Below, piece after piece: positions 11,615 to 23,428 of a stretch of DNA of 64,000 nt. Positions within the stretch are counted from its first letter, which is position 1. Every line of letters starts with the position of its first letter. The DNA is from Eledone cirrhosa (Eukaryota), in the NCBI GenBank assembly GCA_964016885.1, contig OZ024743.1, forward strand, positions 75,516,001 through 75,580,000, read 5' to 3'. The translations under genes were made by a program, and so were the position numbers. The notes beneath the pieces were generated by a model. That model saw only the letters and a list, made by a program, of their open reading frames with translations, was not told where the DNA came from and searched no databases.

Positions 11615-13324
11615 CTACCTGTTCGGCTCCTGAGGAGCAGGTTGCACAATATCCATGGGCGTATTGGAGGGGTTGTTTGGTGGGGTGTTGTTCTGTGGTG
11701 GAGTGGGGGTGTTTGGTGAGGTGTGGGTGGGGAAACGTTTCAAGAGGACGCGGTTATAGGGTCGAGTACATGTTTTCCCCACGTCCTCAGGAAAGTTCTC
11801 TCTTAGTTTTGCATAGGTGTCCATTGGGAGTCTTATCATTTTTAAATGCGGTTTGTTGGCCGCGCTTGCAAAGAATTGCCCTTCAGTTTCCACCAAAGGG
11901 TCTTTGTGTATTGTTTTTACTAGTTCTTTGTTATTTGTGTTAATGTATGTATACTGTTTTATTTGTGTTGTGTTTGTTTGTTGTTCTTGTGTGTGCTTAC
12001 GTTTTGTTGTATGTGTTATGTTTTGGGGTGGGGCGGATTTTGTTTGTTCTGTTTGTTTTGTTTTTGTTGGTGGTTGTGTGTTTGTTTCGTTTATGTTCGA
12101 GTGGTGCTTTCTTTTTTTCCTTTTTACAGGTTGGAAGGGTTCCCCCTCTTCGTCACTAGGTGCCGTTTCCGCTGGGTCCTCGTCCGTGCTGTCGGGTAGT
12201 GGTGTATTTTGGGGTTTTGTTGTATTTGTGTGTGTTTTGGGAGTTGTTTTGGGTGGGGCCGTGTCTTGTGTTATTTTTCCCTGTTGTTTTTGTTGTTGTT
12301 GTGGTGGTGGTGGTGGTGTGTGGGGTGTAGGCAAAAGAGCCTTTTTTTTGTCAATTGAGGACAAGCAGCCCTTAGATGACCCCTGCTTGAACAGTAGTAA
12401 CATATGGGCCTCCTACCCTCGGCTGAAATATATATAAATGTTTCTCCATCGAGGGACACCCTCTGTGGTATTCTAGCTATTCGTTCTGGTCTCATTTGGA
12501 CCAGAACCTCCACGCTCAAACCGCCGAAAACGTCTGTGGTGACTTCTCCTACTGAGAGGATTCCGTCCTCGTCTTCTAAAAATCCTGTTAGTACCCAGGA
12601 AATGCATGCATTTGGCCGGATTCCGGAGACCCTTATCTTCTGCGTTCTTTTCCCTAAATATGTGGGGAAAAAATGTATGTAGCTTGGAAACAATTGGTGC
12701 CACAGAGTATTTCCTGGCCGTCAATTGATCCTTCATTAGGACCGTTATATTCCCATAGAGTGGCCCTTTTTGTATGAACGATATATCACTCCACACATTT
12801 TTTAGGACCAGCTCAATCTCTTTTTGGGATAATTGAGTTGGTTTCCTTGTTATGTTGGAAATTGTTCTGAAAGATATCGTTCTTAGCGTCGTGTCTCTTT
12901 TGATTTCTTGTGGGGAGGTGATTGTGAAGTCTCCTCCTTCTTTGAAAGTTACATACTGTTTCGCTTCCTTCATCTTTTCTCTCAGAGTTGTAATGTCCAG
13001 TTGCTTGCAGGTTTGTGTTTTCCGGACCGCCTGTGCAAAGGAGGTACCAGTAGTGGGCTCGCTTTGTTTGGTGTTATCGTTATTTTTTCCTTGGTTGGTG
13101 TTGTGACTATTGCTGTTATTGTCGTTGTTGTTTTTGTCTGCGTTTATGTGACTTTCTGGGTTTTCACCCATTTTTACAAATTTTTCTTTTAATTCCGTGT
13201 TCCATGTTTCTTTTGCAGAAGTCAGGAGGGAAGACTTAGAGCCTTGTGCTTCTAGCTTCTCTGTATCACCTTTCTTAGGGGGCGTGGCTTTCACGTTAGG
13301 ATGAGATGTGAAAATTCCGTCCAT
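11615..13324 (-). pseudogene. ORF1 (gag-like, CCHC zinc knuckle) split by two frameshifts
   Basis: ATG at 13324 (MDGIFTS..); ..LHTFFP shifts to PTYLGKRTQKIRV near 12665; CYYCSSRGHLRAAC knuckle; shifts back at the A-run near 12345 into a P/T/Q-rich tail ending at 11615. Confidence 0.85.
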
Positions 13325-13516
13325 TTCTATTAGTTTGCCGTAATAAATTTTTAACTGGAAAATTCGCCCCAAAAAGGGGCGAAAATAAATAAACTCAAAG
13401 TTTGACGACCAAGGCAAGGGGTTAACGTATATTACAGTATAAAAAAATTAATCAAAACTCACTTTTTGAGTAAGTAAATCCGACTCGGTAGCCGAGCTTG
13501 TTCACACACGTCAACA

Positions 13517-13523
13517 CACGTCT
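13517..13523 (-). promoter_or_regulatory. DPE-like motif AGACGTG of LINE internal promoter
   Basis: Matches RGWCGTG and lies 13 nt inside the 5' junction; a DPE normally sits near +28, which would imply loss of the first ~15 nt. Confidence 0.4.
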
Positions 13524-14794
13524 CTCGTATACGAGATGTTATGTGAGATATTATGTGAGGTAAAGGCTTTACTGTGAAAATACAATAGTATATATAAAGT
13601 AATGTAAATGTTGGGTTAAACCAAGAGATAAATTTACTGCTACTAGAATTATATTTAGTTAAATTATATTTAAAAACAGTCTGAAGTTGAGAAGAAAATT
13701 TGAAGTAAGACAATGTTGTTTACTAAAACAGTAATTTGTTTTCTTTCTACCATATACTTAACAAGCTGTATTTTACACCCCTTAATTACTCTGTTGCCAA
13801 TGTAGTTATCTAATTCAGAGGAGTATGAATCTTTCAAGAAATTAACAAAATAGAGACAATACTTGTCAGTTACTCTCTTTCCCTCATCAGTTGCTCTCTC
13901 TCTCTCCTCTCATCAGTTGCTCTCAATTTCCCTCATCAGTTGCTCTCTCTCTCCCCTCCCATCAGTTACTCTCTTTCTCTCTCTCCCACCTAAAATCTCC
14001 TCTTGTTAGATGCTGTAATATAACAGACATCTAATTTGAAACTACTGATCAAAACAAGGTGGAGATACAGTTTACTTTTAACAAATTGCCACTGGGTAAC
14101 CCATGGTTTGAACATAACAGTAAACACTGGGTAACCCATGGGTTGAACTTAAACAACAGTTAACACAGACTAATCCATGGGTTGAACATAAACACTTAGT
14201 AAATATAGTCTAACACTCAGTAGTTCATAAAACTGGCTGGCTGGCTTTTCTCAAAACTCATTAGAGAGGTTGCCCGGTATTCCTCGTGACGCTGCTGTCT
14301 TTTGTTCTGGTGTTGGCTCGGTTGATCACCCCTTCCTTTATATTTTCTTTAATATTGCAACACTAAAAGAATATATTTTTCTGAAAGAATCGCGTGCAAT
14401 TTATAATGTTATCTAAGCATTTGTAATGTTATTTATGTATATATTTAAAACATATTTGTTATCTTATTCTACTGCAATTTATTTATATGCTTTGTATAAT
14501 AAAACAGTGTACATTTTTGGCACAGTTCATAAAATATAGAACTATTATGGTATAAAGCATTTAGCTCAGGACCTACTTAAGATATTGGGCTTGTAACATA
14601 TGTTACTCCTGCCCCTAGGTTAATCCAGCACTGAATATATAAACATGATAAGACAGTTACTAATTGTAATATGTTACTTCTAAAAGTGAGATGGATTTTG
14701 ACATTTCTTTTTATATATGACTTTAAAATAAACCAACTATTAACATTCTTTGTTGTAGTGCACCTGAGCACTGTACAGAACTTTCATTATTTAT

Positions 14795-15375
14795 TTGATT
14801 GGCAGTATCGGTAGAGGGTCGGACGCCATGCTTTCCAGCATAGTTACGTCCCTTTACGATCCGAGTTCAAATCCCGCCGAGGTTGACTTTGCCTTTCATC
14901 CTTACGGGGTCAATAAAATAAAGTACCAGTAATGCACTGGGTAATTGCTGGCCTTGTGCCTAAAGTAGAAACAATTATTTATTTGATAGGCAGTATCGGT
15001 AGAGGGTCGGACGTTATGCTTTGACGCATAGAGTTACGGCCCTTACCATTCTGAGTTTAAATCCCGCCGAGGTCAACTTTGCCTTTCATCCTTACGGGGT
15101 CGATAAAATAAAGTACCAGTAATGTACTGTTTAATTGCTGGCCTTGTGCCAAAAGTAGAAACATTTATTTATTAGTGGATAAGATCGGTGGATTGGCAGT
15201 ATTGGTACAGGGTCTGACGCCATGCTTTGCAGCAAAGAGTTACGGCCCTTTATGGTCTGAGTTCAAATCCTGTCGAGGTTAACTTTGCCTTTCATACTTA
15301 CGGTGTCGATAAAATAAAGTACCAGTAATACACTGGGATAATTGCTGGCCTTGTGCCAAAAGTAGAAACAATTAT
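14795..15375 (+). mobile_element. Three head-to-tail tRNA-derived SINE copies
   Basis: Each has GGCAGTAT(C/T)GGTA, a B-box-like GAGTTCAAATCCC, the TTTGCCTTTCATCCTTACGGGGTCGATAAAATAAAGTACCAGT core and a GGCCTTGTGCC..AAGTAGAAAC tail. Confidence 0.88.
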
Positions 15376-15540
15376 ATATTAGTGGGTAGATCATTATGAT
15401 CAATGTAAGTATTATCTCTTAACATCCTGTAATGATGTAGAAAATATCTAAAAATAAGTTTATTTCAAATGTTTTTAGTATCTTTACTTGGAAAGTCATT
15501 GTGGCCATTTACAGTATTAGAGAGAATACTTGAATTGTCA

Positions 15541-18500
15541 ATATGATGCAGTCATATTGCTGTTTTGTACATAGTATATCTAGGACTACATTATCTAATA
15601 TGATGCAGTCATGATGCTGTTTTGTACATAGTATATCTAGGACTACATTATCTAATATGATGCTGTTTTGTACATAGTATATCTAGGACTACATTATCTA
15701 ATATGATGCAGTCGTGATGCTGTTTTGTACATAGTATATCTAGGACTACATTATCTAATATGATGCAGTCGTGATGCTGTTTTGTACATAGTATATCTAG
15801 GACTACATTATCTAATATGATGCAGTCGTGATGCTGTTTTGTACATAGTATATCTAGGACTACATTATCTAATATGATGCAGTCGTGATGCTGTTTTGTA
15901 CATAGTATATCTAGGACTACATTATCTAATATGATGCAGTCATGATGCTGTTTTGTACATAGTATATCTAGGACTACATTATCTAATATGATGCAGTCAT
16001 GATGCTGTTTTGTACATAGTATATCTAGGACTACATTATCTAATATGATGCAGTCGTGATGCTGTTTTCTACATAGTATATCTAGGACTACATTATCTAA
16101 TATGATGCAGTCGTGATGCTGTTTTGTACATAGTATATCTAGGACTACATTATCTAATATGATGCAGTCATGATGCTGTTTTGTACATAGTATATCTAGG
16201 ACTACATTATCTAATATGATGCAGTCGTGATGCTGTTTTGTACATAGTATATCTAGGACTACATTATCTAATATGATGCAGTCATGATGCTGTTTTGTAC
16301 ATAGTATATCTAGGAATACATTATCTAATATGATACAGTCGTGATGCTGTTTTGTACATAGTATATCTAGAACTACATTATCTAATATGATGCAGTGGTG
16401 ATGCTGTTTTGTACATAGTATATCTAGGACTACATTATCTAATATGATGCAGTCGTGATGCTGTTTCGTACATAGTATATCTAGGACTACATTATCTAAT
16501 ATGATGCAGTCATGATGCTGTTTTGTACATAGTATATCTAGGACTACATTATCTAATATGATGCAGTCGTGATGCTGTTTTGTACATAGTATATCTAGGA
16601 CTACATTATCTAATATGATGCAGTCATGATGCTGTTTTGTACATAGTATATCTAGGACTACATTATCTAATATGATGCAGTCATGATGCTTTTTGTACAT
16701 AGTATATCTAGGACTACATTATCTAATATGATGCAGTCGTGATGCTGTTTTGTACATAGTATATCTAGGATTACATTATCTAATATGATGCAGTCGTGAT
16801 GCTGTTTTGTACATAGTATATCTAGGACTACATTATCTAATATGATGGAGTCGTGATGCTGTTTTGTACATAGTATATCTAGGACTACATTATCTAATAT
16901 GATGCAGTCATGATGCTGTTTTGTACATAGTATATCTAGGACTACATTATCTAATATGATGCAGTTGTGATGCTGTTTTGTACATAGTATATCTAGGACT
17001 ACATTATCTATTATGATGCAGTCGTGATGCTGTTTTGTACATAGTATATCTAGGACTACATTATCTAATATGATGCAGTCGTGATGCTGTTTTCTACATA
17101 GTATATCTAGGACTACATTATCTAATATGAGGCAGTCGTGATGCTGTTTTGTACATAGTATATCTAGGACTACATTATCTAATATGATGCAGTCGTGATG
17201 CTGTTTTGTACATAGTATATCTAGGATTACATTATCTAATATGATGCAGTCATAATGCTGTTTTGTACATAGTATATCTAGGACTACATTATCTAATATG
17301 ATGCAGTCGTGATGGTGTTTTGTACATAGTATATCTAGGACTACATTATCTAATATGATGCAGTCATAATGCTGTTTTGTACATAGTATATCTAGGACTA
17401 CATTATCTAATATGATGCAGTCGTGATGCTGTTTTGTACATAGTATATCTAGGACTACATTATCTAATATGATGCAGTCGTGATGCTGTTTTGTACATAG
17501 TATATCTAGGACTACATTATCTAATATGATGCAGTCGTGATGCTGTTTTGTACATAGTATATCTAGGACTACATTATCTAATATGATGCAGTCGTGATGC
17601 TGTTATGTACATAGTATATCTAGGACTACATTATCTAATATGATGCAGTCGTGATGCTGTTTTGTACATAGTATATCTAGGACTACATTATCTAATATGA
17701 TGCAGTCGTAATGCTGTTTTGTACATAGTATCTAATATGTGGCAGTCGTGATGCTGTATCTAATATGTGGCAGTCGTGATGCTGTTTTGTACATAGTATA
17801 TCTAGGACTACATTATCTAATATGATGCAGTCGTGATGCTGTTTTCTACATAGTATATCTAGGACTACATTATCTAATATGATGCAGTCGTGATGCTGTT
17901 TTCTACATAGTATATCTAGGACTACATTATCTAATATGATGCAGTCATGATGCTGTTTTGTACATAGTATATCTAGGACTACATTATCTAATATGATGCA
18001 GTCATGATGCTGTTTTGTACATAGTATATCTAGGACTACATTATCTAATATGATGCAGTCGTGATGCTGTTTTGTACATAGTATATCTAGGACTACATTA
18101 TCTAATATGATGCAGTCATGATGCTGTTTTGTACATAGTATATCTAGGAATACATTATCTAATATGATGCAGTCGTGATGCTGTTTTGTACATACTATAT
18201 CTAGGACTACATTATCTAATATGATGCAGTGGTGATGCTGTTTTGTACATAGTATATCTAGGACTACATTATCTAATATGATGCAGTCGTGATGCTGTTT
18301 CGTACATAGTATATCTAGGACTACATTATCTAATATGATGCAGTCATGATGCTGTTTTGTACATAGTATATCTAGGACTACATTATCTAATATGATGCAG
18401 TCGTGATGCTGTTTTGTACATAGTATATCTAGGACTACATTATCTAATATGATGCAGTCATGATGCTGTTTTGTACATAGTATATCTAGGACTACATTAT

Positions 18501-19415
18501 CTAATATGATGCAGTCGTGATGCTTTTTGTACATAGTATATCTAGGACTACATTATCTAATATGATGCAGTCGTGATGCTGTTTTGTACATAGTATATCT
18601 AGGACTACATTATCTAATATGATGCAGTCGTGTCTGTTTTGTACATAGTATATCTAGGACTACATTATCTAATATGATGCAGTCATAATGCTGTTTTGTA
18701 CATAGTATATCTAGGACTACATTATCTAATATGATGCAGTCATAATGCTGTTTTGTACATAGTATATCTAGGACTACATTATCTAATATGATGCAGTCAT
18801 AATGCTGTTTTGTACATAGTATATCTAGGACTACATTATCTAATATGATGCAGTCATGATGCTTTTTGTACATAGTATATCTAGGACTACATTATCTAAT
18901 ATGATGCAGTCATGATGCTGTTTTCTACATAGTATATCTAGGACTACATTATCTAATATGATGCAGTCGTGATGCTGTTTTCTACATAGTATATCTAGGA
19001 CTACATTATCTAATATGATGCAGTCATGATGCTGTTTTGTACATAGTATATCTAGGACTACATTATCTAATATGATGCAGTCATGATGCTGTTTTGTACA
19101 TAGTATATCTAGGACTACATTATCTAATATGATGCAGTCATAATGCTGTTTTCTACATAGTATATCTAGGACTACATTATCTAATATGATGCAGTCGTGA
19201 TGCTGTTTTGTACATAGTATATCTAGGACTACATTATCTAATATGATGCAGTCATAATGCTGTTTTGTACATAGTATATCTAGGACTACATTATCCAATA
19301 TGATGCAGTCGTGATGCTGTTTTGTACATAGTATATCTAGGACTACATTATCTAATATGATGCAGTCATATTTCTATTTGTACATAGTATATTTAGGACT
19401 ACATTATCTAATATG
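15541..19415. repeat. 57-bp minisatellite (ATATGATGCAGTCGTGATGCTGTTTTGTACATAGTATATCTAGGACTACATTATCTA)
   Basis: About 68 highly similar tandem units. Confidence 0.97.
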
Positions 19416-19588
19416 TACATTACTTTTTTTTTAATGATCGGGTGTTTATTTAACTTTTTCACCCTGTAATGATTTAGCAGAAAATACCTAAAAACAGGTT
19501 TATTATTTCAAATGTTTAAGTATTTTTACAAGGGAAAATTATGAAAATTTACAGTATTTAACGGAAATTTAAAACCTCTTTCTAATAT

Positions 19589-20136
19589 GGTTTCATGTGG
19601 TAAAGAATGTTGTGGTTTCATGTGGTTAAGAATGTTGTGGTTTCATGTGGTTAAGAATGTTGTACTTTCATGTGATAAAGAATGTTGTGGTTTCATGTGA
19701 TAAAGAATGTTGTACTTTCATGTGATAAAGAATGTTGTGGTTTCATGTGATAAAGAATGTTCTGGTTTCATGTAGTAAAGAGTGTTGTGGTTTCATGTGG
19801 TAAAGTGTGTTGTGGTTTCATGTGGTAAAGAATGTTGTGGTTTCATGTGGTAAAGAATGTTGTGGTTTCATGTGGTTAAGAATGTTGTGGTTTCATGTGA
19901 TAAAGAGTGTTGTGGTTTCATGTGGTAAAGTGTGTTGTGGTTTCATGTGGTAAAGAATGGTGTGCCTTCATGTGGTAAAGTGTGTTGTGGTTTCATATAG
20001 TAAAGAATGTTGTGGTTTCATGTGGTAAAGTGTGTTGTGGTTTCATGTGGTAAAGAATGTTGTGGTTTCATGTGGTAAAGTGTGTTGTGGTTTCATGTGG
20101 TAAAGTGTGTTGTGGTTTCATGTTGTAAAGAATGTT
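19589..20136. repeat. 25-bp minisatellite (TTTCATGTGGTAAAGAATGTTGTGG)
   Basis: Direct tandem units seen. Confidence 0.95.
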
Positions 20137-20189
20137 TAGAGTTAAAGATTGAAAGATTCTTTGTGTTGCTTTTACCAATTCTTCAACAG

Positions 20190-20219
20190 ACTGAAAATCT
20201 TGCTAAGAAAACACATTAA
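20190..20219 (+). CDS. Candidate terminal coding exon TENLAKKTH*
   Basis: Pyrimidine-rich acceptor ..ttttaccaattcttcaacag|, phase 0 matches exon 7392-7483, followed by AT-rich unique sequence with AATAAA (about 20376, 20465). Confidence 0.4.
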   Translation, partial: TENLAKKTH

Positions 20220-20741
20220 AGGAATAATTGAAGAGAAAATATATAATGTTACAAAATATAATTTCAAAATATTTAAGATGTTAATATATTTAAACCTTAT
20301 TCTAGTCTTTAAAGGTTAATAATTTTCTTGTATTTATTTCATTTTTAACAATTTTCTGACTAAATAATATCAACAAATAAAAATCAAAATAGCATTAAAA
20401 AACAACAAAAAACACAGCGTAGATAATAAATCATTAAAAAACTGCAAAAAAACCCAGCATAGTTAATAAATAAATCAGATAAAAAAATTAAAAAAAGTAT
20501 TTTAATTAGAACTAGTATTTTTTCAATGAAAGAAGATTTCTTCCTTGTTTTTCTTTTCTTTTTTCTATTTTTTATTTTTTATTACAATTCTTTCCAATAA
20601 TTTATGAAAACTTCAGATCTTAAAATACTGTCTGGTAAACGATATTACAGTGAAATGATATGACATCCTTAGTTCAAAACTTTAGCTGTTGAGAAAAAAA
20701 CAAACAAATATATATTTATTTAAAATGAGTTTTTGGTATTA

Positions 20742-21497
20742 TATCAAGAATGGATATATAGATAGAAATCTAGATATCCAGATAGATATATAAATAAAGT
20801 CTAGATATCAAGATAGATATATAGATAAAGTCTAGATATCAAGATAGATATATAGATAGAAATCTAGATATCCAGATAGATATATAAATAAAGTCTAGAT
20901 ATCAAGATAGATATATAGATAAAGTCTAGATATCAAGATAGATATATAGATAGAAATCTAGATATCAAGATAGATATATATATAGAAGTCTAGATATCAA
21001 GATAGATATATAGATAGAAGTCTAGATATCAAGATAGATATATAGATAGAAATCTAGATATCAAGATAGATATATAGATAGAAATCTAGATATCAAGATA
21101 GATATATAGATAGAAGTCTAGATATCAAGATAGATATATAGATAGAAGTCTAGATATCAAGATAGATATATAGATAGAAGTCTAGATATCAAGATAGATA
21201 TATAGATAGAAGTCTAGATATCAAGAATGGATATATAGATAGAAGTCTAGATATCAAGATAGATATATAGATAGAAATCTAGATATCAAGATAGATATAT
21301 AGATAGAAGTCTAGATATCAAGATAGATATATAGAAGTCTAGATATCAAGATAGATATATAGATAAAAATCTAGATATCAAGATAGATATATAGATAGAA
21401 GTCTAGATATCAAGATAGATATATAGATAAAAATCTAGATATCAAGATAGATATATAGATAGAAGTCTAGATATCAAGATAGATATATAGATAGAAA
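20742..21497. repeat. 32-bp GATA-rich minisatellite (ATAGATATATAGATAGAAGTCTAGATATCAAG)
   Basis: Direct tandem units seen. Confidence 0.95.
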
Positions 21498-21596
21498 TGT
21501 TGACAATGTGTAGATGAAAAAGGCTTTATTAAGATATTTTAATGTAGTTTGGCTAGCACCAGATGACACTGGATTTGACATTGGTTGTAGTGAATT

Positions 21597-21708
21597 GACT
21601 GTCATTAGCACCAGATGTTCTGGGGTCCAACAGACTGTCATTAGCACCAGATGTTCTGGGGTCCAACAGACCGTCATTAGCACCAGATGTTCTGGGGTCC
21701 AACAGACA
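21597..21708. repeat. 36-bp triplication (ACTGTCATTAGCACCAGATGTTCTGGGGTCCAACAG)
   Basis: Three near-identical copies. Confidence 0.9.
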
Positions 21709-22657
21709 ATCACTACTTTCAATAAGTTGGACATTTGCACGACTGCATATCTGTTAAGACTGAAAAATAGGATTTAATGGGTGAGGGGCATTATAATAGA
21801 ACAGTACAGGTGAATGTAATGAGTGTGTGTGTGCAGAAGGGACCTTTCTTTGAGATTTTCAGAGTCTAGAACAGGGACCCCTAAACTTTTAAGACCATTA
21901 ACTCTCTTCATGGAGTTATTAATCCATTCATTAACCCCCCCATCCCCAGGCATGTGTGTGTGACAGCTCACACCTATGCAGGTTTAGCTGGCCTCCCCCA
22001 AGGTATATCTCGTTGGAGGTGTCTTGGGTGATTTAATGATAGGGACCCCTGTCCTATCATCAATGTACAAATAAATAAATTAATTAATAAGTAGTATTCC
22101 TATACTATGGGCATGTGGTTAGAATGTCTGAGGAAAGAATCGCTGGATAGATTTTACGGGCAAAATCAACCGGCAGAAGACCCAGGGGTAAACCCCGAGC
22201 AAGATAGTTGAATAACATCCATGAGCTTGGTTGGTCTTGCTTGGGGGTCCAGCAGGCTCAGTTGGAGATGGTTGCTTCTGACAGGACCTGCCCCTACGAC
22301 ACTCTCAGGAATAAGTGGGAGGAGAAGAAGGAGAGGAGGAGGAGGAGGAGGAGAATTAATCAATAATTGTTTCTGATGCCAACAATTTGGGGAAGGGGAA
22401 GGTTGATTAAATCGACCCCAGTGTGTTACTGGTACTTTATTTTATCGACCCCGTAAAGATGTAAGGCAAAGCTAACCTCAGAGGAATTTGAACTTAGATG
22501 TCAAAGGGCCGTAACTCTATGCCGTAAAGTATGTTGTCTGACGCTCTACCGAATAAATCATTAAAGGGAATATAAAATAGACAATCAAGAAGCCCAATTA
22601 TTTAAAAACCAGAAACTTCTGTAAACCTGTGTAACCTATTATACTATTATATTTTCA

Positions 22658-23428
22658 TCTATATACATAAATGGCAATTTCTGTCTGTGAACCTAAAACT
22701 CAAAAACCGATCTTGATGAAACCTGGCATGTGTGTGAGGCTCATGCCCATTTGATTTCTTACGTATATTTCATTTTAATCAAAGGGTTCTCCGGCGGCTC
22801 AAACCCCGCTTAATTTTTTCCCTTCGATTTATATGAAATGTAAACTATAGGTAAATGACAAGATATGATGCCTATTCACAAAATTTCAGCAAATTTCAAT
22901 AATATTAAGACACCCAAATGGGGGTTTAAACCCCCTATAGTGAAAATTTTGGCCAATAAATGGTACAAGATTTCACAAACTCCTCCTATGGTTTTGGAGA
23001 TAGAGCCCCATAACCATATATATTCTAAAATTACATTGCTCATGGTACTTGGATAAGTATATTTCATTTTAATCAAAGGGTTCCGCTGAAAATTTTTTCC
23101 CTTCGATTTATATGAAATTTTACCCACAGGTAAATGACAATGATGCCTATTCACAAAATTTCAGCAAATTTCAATAATATTAAGACACCCTAATGTGGGT
23201 TCTATTTTTTTCCTTATAACAACACTCAACTTCTCTGACAAACATTTTTTCGCCTGACCAATGGAATTAACAATATTTGTTTGTATTATTGTTTCATAAA
23301 AGAATTTGTCTTCGCTTTTGATTATCTGTCCTATATTTTGATTTCATTTTTGGTCTGAGAGGCATTGGGCATTTTAATGGGAAATGGGAATACCCCCACT
23401 CTCAGGTATTACCGGGTACCTCAGCTAG
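22658..23428 (+). mobile_element. Non-autonomous Helitron
   Basis: Inserted between A and T; 5' TCTATATACATAAA..CTGTCTGT; 3' small hairpin GGTA-T-TACC then CTAG; internal ~140-150-bp duplication (22763-22920 vs 23058-23195). Confidence 0.8.

Larger units (their letters stand above)
7920..13535 (-). mobile_element. Near full-length L1/Tx1-clade non-LTR retrotransposon
   Basis: 5' UTR + ORF1 + 21-nt spacer + ORF2 + 3' UTR ending AATAAAGAAAC; GC content clearly higher than the flanks; host repeat resumes on both sides. Confidence 0.95.
7595..13615 (+). mobile_element. TTAA-type (piggyBac-like) MITE with internal ~70-bp tandem expansion, split by the Tx1 LINE (MITE parts 7595-7919 and 13536-13615)
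   Basis: Starts CCCTTTAGCATTTAAACC and ends AATGTTGGG|TTAA; colinear with uninterrupted copies at 29114-29336, 58909-59129 and 61970-62159. Confidence 0.8.

Noticed and set aside
8283-13192. Plus-strand ORFs within the LINE
   Set aside because: Antisense shadows of GC-rich ORF2 and low-complexity ORF1.
15648-19298. Long ORFs (up to 350 aa) of repeated QHHDCIILDNVVLDILCTK
   Set aside because: Translation of a 57-bp (3n) satellite; frames break at unit indels and there is no unique coding flank.
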